NCBI RefSeq assembly: GCF_902459465.1
Contig: NC_047062.1
Coordinates: 12,772,001 to 12,836,000 of the forward strand
Direction of reading: 5' to 3'
DNA: 64,000 nt
From: Asterias rubens
Taxonomy: Eukaryota
Shown: positions 61,866 through 64,000 of the stretch, one piece after another
Position numbering within the stretch: the first letter of the stretch is position 1
Layout: each line of letters begins with the position of its first letter
Program-made: the position numbers and the translations under genes
The notes under the pieces: model-generated
What the model saw: only the letters and a program-made list of their open reading frames with translations
Told to the model about the DNA's origin: nothing
The model's database searches: none

Positions 61866-64000
61866 TTAACTTGCAGGTGGTTCTTGTAAGCAGATGAGTG
61901 TGGCGCATTATTGCAATTCCTTTTTAAACGTAAGTACATTGTACACTTGCCATCAAAACCTCTTTCGTGATAAAATAAGCACAAAACTTTGTTTATTGGT
62001 AAGCAGCTTTCAGATCATCAATATTTTCTTAAGTTAGTAAGCCAAGATGACATAATACAAAAAATCTAACTTTCTCAAAATACAATATGTCTAAACTGTA
62101 TGCTGTTTAGGGTGACCACGTAAAAACATGGTTTATTTGAAATGTTTTGCGACGAAATTTTGCATTTTGACACATACGCGCCTGACAAGTGCCCTACAAG
62201 TGCTCGAATGTCTTTAACAAGCGTATGCGCAAAGTAGTAACTTTTGGTGAGCCAATCAGCATTGATTTTCAGTGCTTCTCAACCAGGGGTTGGTGACAAG
62301 AGGTATTGATACGGCGCGCTGCCAATGGTCGCAAGGGTCAACAGAACCCACTGCTGGACAGACATCACATAACCTTCAAATGGCATAAAAAATGGTCGCT
62401 CATCAGAACCCGGCTACTTGCTAAACAATTCGTATCACTTGTACTCTGCTTTGCTTAAGGTAAATCACATTGTTGTTTTATCGTGGCTTGTATTGGAACA
62501 AGTTGATTCAGTACACACTAGACAAGTCGGGCAAATGGAGAGTAGGCTGATGTTGTTTGGATAGGAAATCCAAATTTAGAGTCAAGCAATTTGATTTACT
62601 TCTGCGGGAATGAGAAACCGCCAGACAACATATTGGATTGACGTCAACTGATGTGGAACTCAATTTGAAGATTTGCTTTGGATTGAACTGGATTGGGCAT
62701 AATGTAAAAGTAATGTAAAAAATTTGCCTGTTTCTCTATTTAACATGTCTTTCAAGTGCGATCCCGGTTTGCTGTATATTTAATGTGTTTTATGTGGTTA
62801 AAGATTCATAATGTTTTCACATGTTGTTTTTTTTCGCAAGAAATTATATTGGGTCTTCAATTTTCATGCCCATGTAGAAAAACAATTTTTTATTTTAGCT
62901 GATTTCACATAAACATAGCTATTTATTATCCAAAAGTATGAGCCTGTTTATGTGCTATGTCATTTTTGTTGACAAAGACATTGCTGACAAAGAGTCCAAA
63001 ACTAGGATCAAAATTTTAAGGGGTATGTTTGTGAAATTTCTATTTTTTGGATCCTGTAGCTATTATATTTCAATGAGATTCTATAAACAGTATCACCAGC
63101 ACTAGAGAAGTAGATCTAACGAGCATGATTGACTTCTATCTTGAGAAATTTACACCTTCCGGTAATTCTGTACGACACAAAAAAGTCTGACATTTGTTCA
63201 ACCCTGTACATGTCAGCAATATTACAAAATGTAAGAACATCATCATAAAATAAATTGACCTGTGAATGCTTGCACTCATTGACTCCTTTTACCCCACCCA
63301 AAATACAATAAAAAGCCCAAAATAATACAGTAAACATAACTACACATTAAAAGAAAAGGAGTGAGCAGAAATATTAAAAATGAACTAATGGTAAATGTTA
63401 AAATGTACAGTTAAAAATGCCTCAAAGATGCAAGGAAATATCAAACAAAAAGCATTAATGAAAATTCAAACCAAACTGCGAGTGCAAAAAATGCTGAAAC
63501 AGAAGAGCAAGTTAGTAAAAGACCTTCCACCCAGACTCGAGCTTCTGGAAAAAGTTCTATCAAGTACAAAATAAACTTGGAACTCAATCTAAACTCAGCA
63601 ATACAAGGAAAAGAGATAAGATCAATTGATGCTGTTAAAACGGTCTTTGATATGTGGCTTGTGAATGCAGTCAATAGTGACGTGAAGCAACTGTGTCATC
63701 CAAAACAAATTATGAGATGATTGTGATTATGATTGTGATGAAAAGCTTTGCTTTGCCAGTCCTTCATGTATGGAGTCAATTTGCTTCTTATTATAGGAGA
63801 TGCAGCTTTGGTTCTTTTGACAACACTCTCATCAGCCGACTGGTTTTTTTTTCTCTATTTGCATTTGATGAATCTAAGCAAGAAGTATTTTACTTCAAGT
63901 TCTTATTTCTTTGCATTGCCATTAACTAGCGATGAGAATCATCACTGACAAAAAGGTCTAAAACTAGGGCTCAAATTTTTAGGGGGTTTGTTAAAATGAT

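Noticed and set aside
63420-63720. About 100-codon stop-free plus-strand frame without Met
   Set aside because: It has no start codon, no usable splice sites and no recognisable domain; it may be a transposon scrap but this is unsupported.
57686-64000. Search for the N-terminal TM0 exon(s) (GxPTVL...RKxAWDYGRL)
   Set aside because: No matching exon was found, so the gene is treated as 5'-partial.

Overview
AT-rich, repeat-dense animal genomic DNA. The repeat families resemble those I associate with sea star/echinoderm genomes, but this is inference only. The window is dominated by one 5'-partial, minus-strand, spliced gene for a TMEM63/CSC1-like (OSCA family) mechano/osmosensitive cation channel. 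I assembled it by hand: 18 coding exon positions from 57685 down to the stop at 15301, all GT-AG and phase-consistent, 2191 nt (about 729 aa). The N-terminal TM0 exon(s) were not found and presumably lie beyond 64000. The best novel signal is a tandemly duplicated exon pair (42867-42929 and 42726-42785) encoding alternative versions of the extracellular TM5-TM6 loop. The two are separated by an 81-nt intron whose likely branch point is only about 41 nt from the upstream donor, the classic steric mutually-exclusive-exon layout. Other signals: two candidate in-frame microexons; several decayed minimal hammerhead-ribozyme motifs of Penelope type, including a U3:A8 core variant; many TTAA-targeting (Kolobok/T2-like) MITEs, often nested or back-to-back; Harbinger-like MITEs; tRNA-derived SINEs; minisatellites; a CCAAT-box-rich solo-LTR-like element; and a possible Ulp1-protease relic. 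Nearly all ORFs in the supplied track are spurious or repeat-derived. No CRISPR array, rRNA or intact tRNA gene is present.
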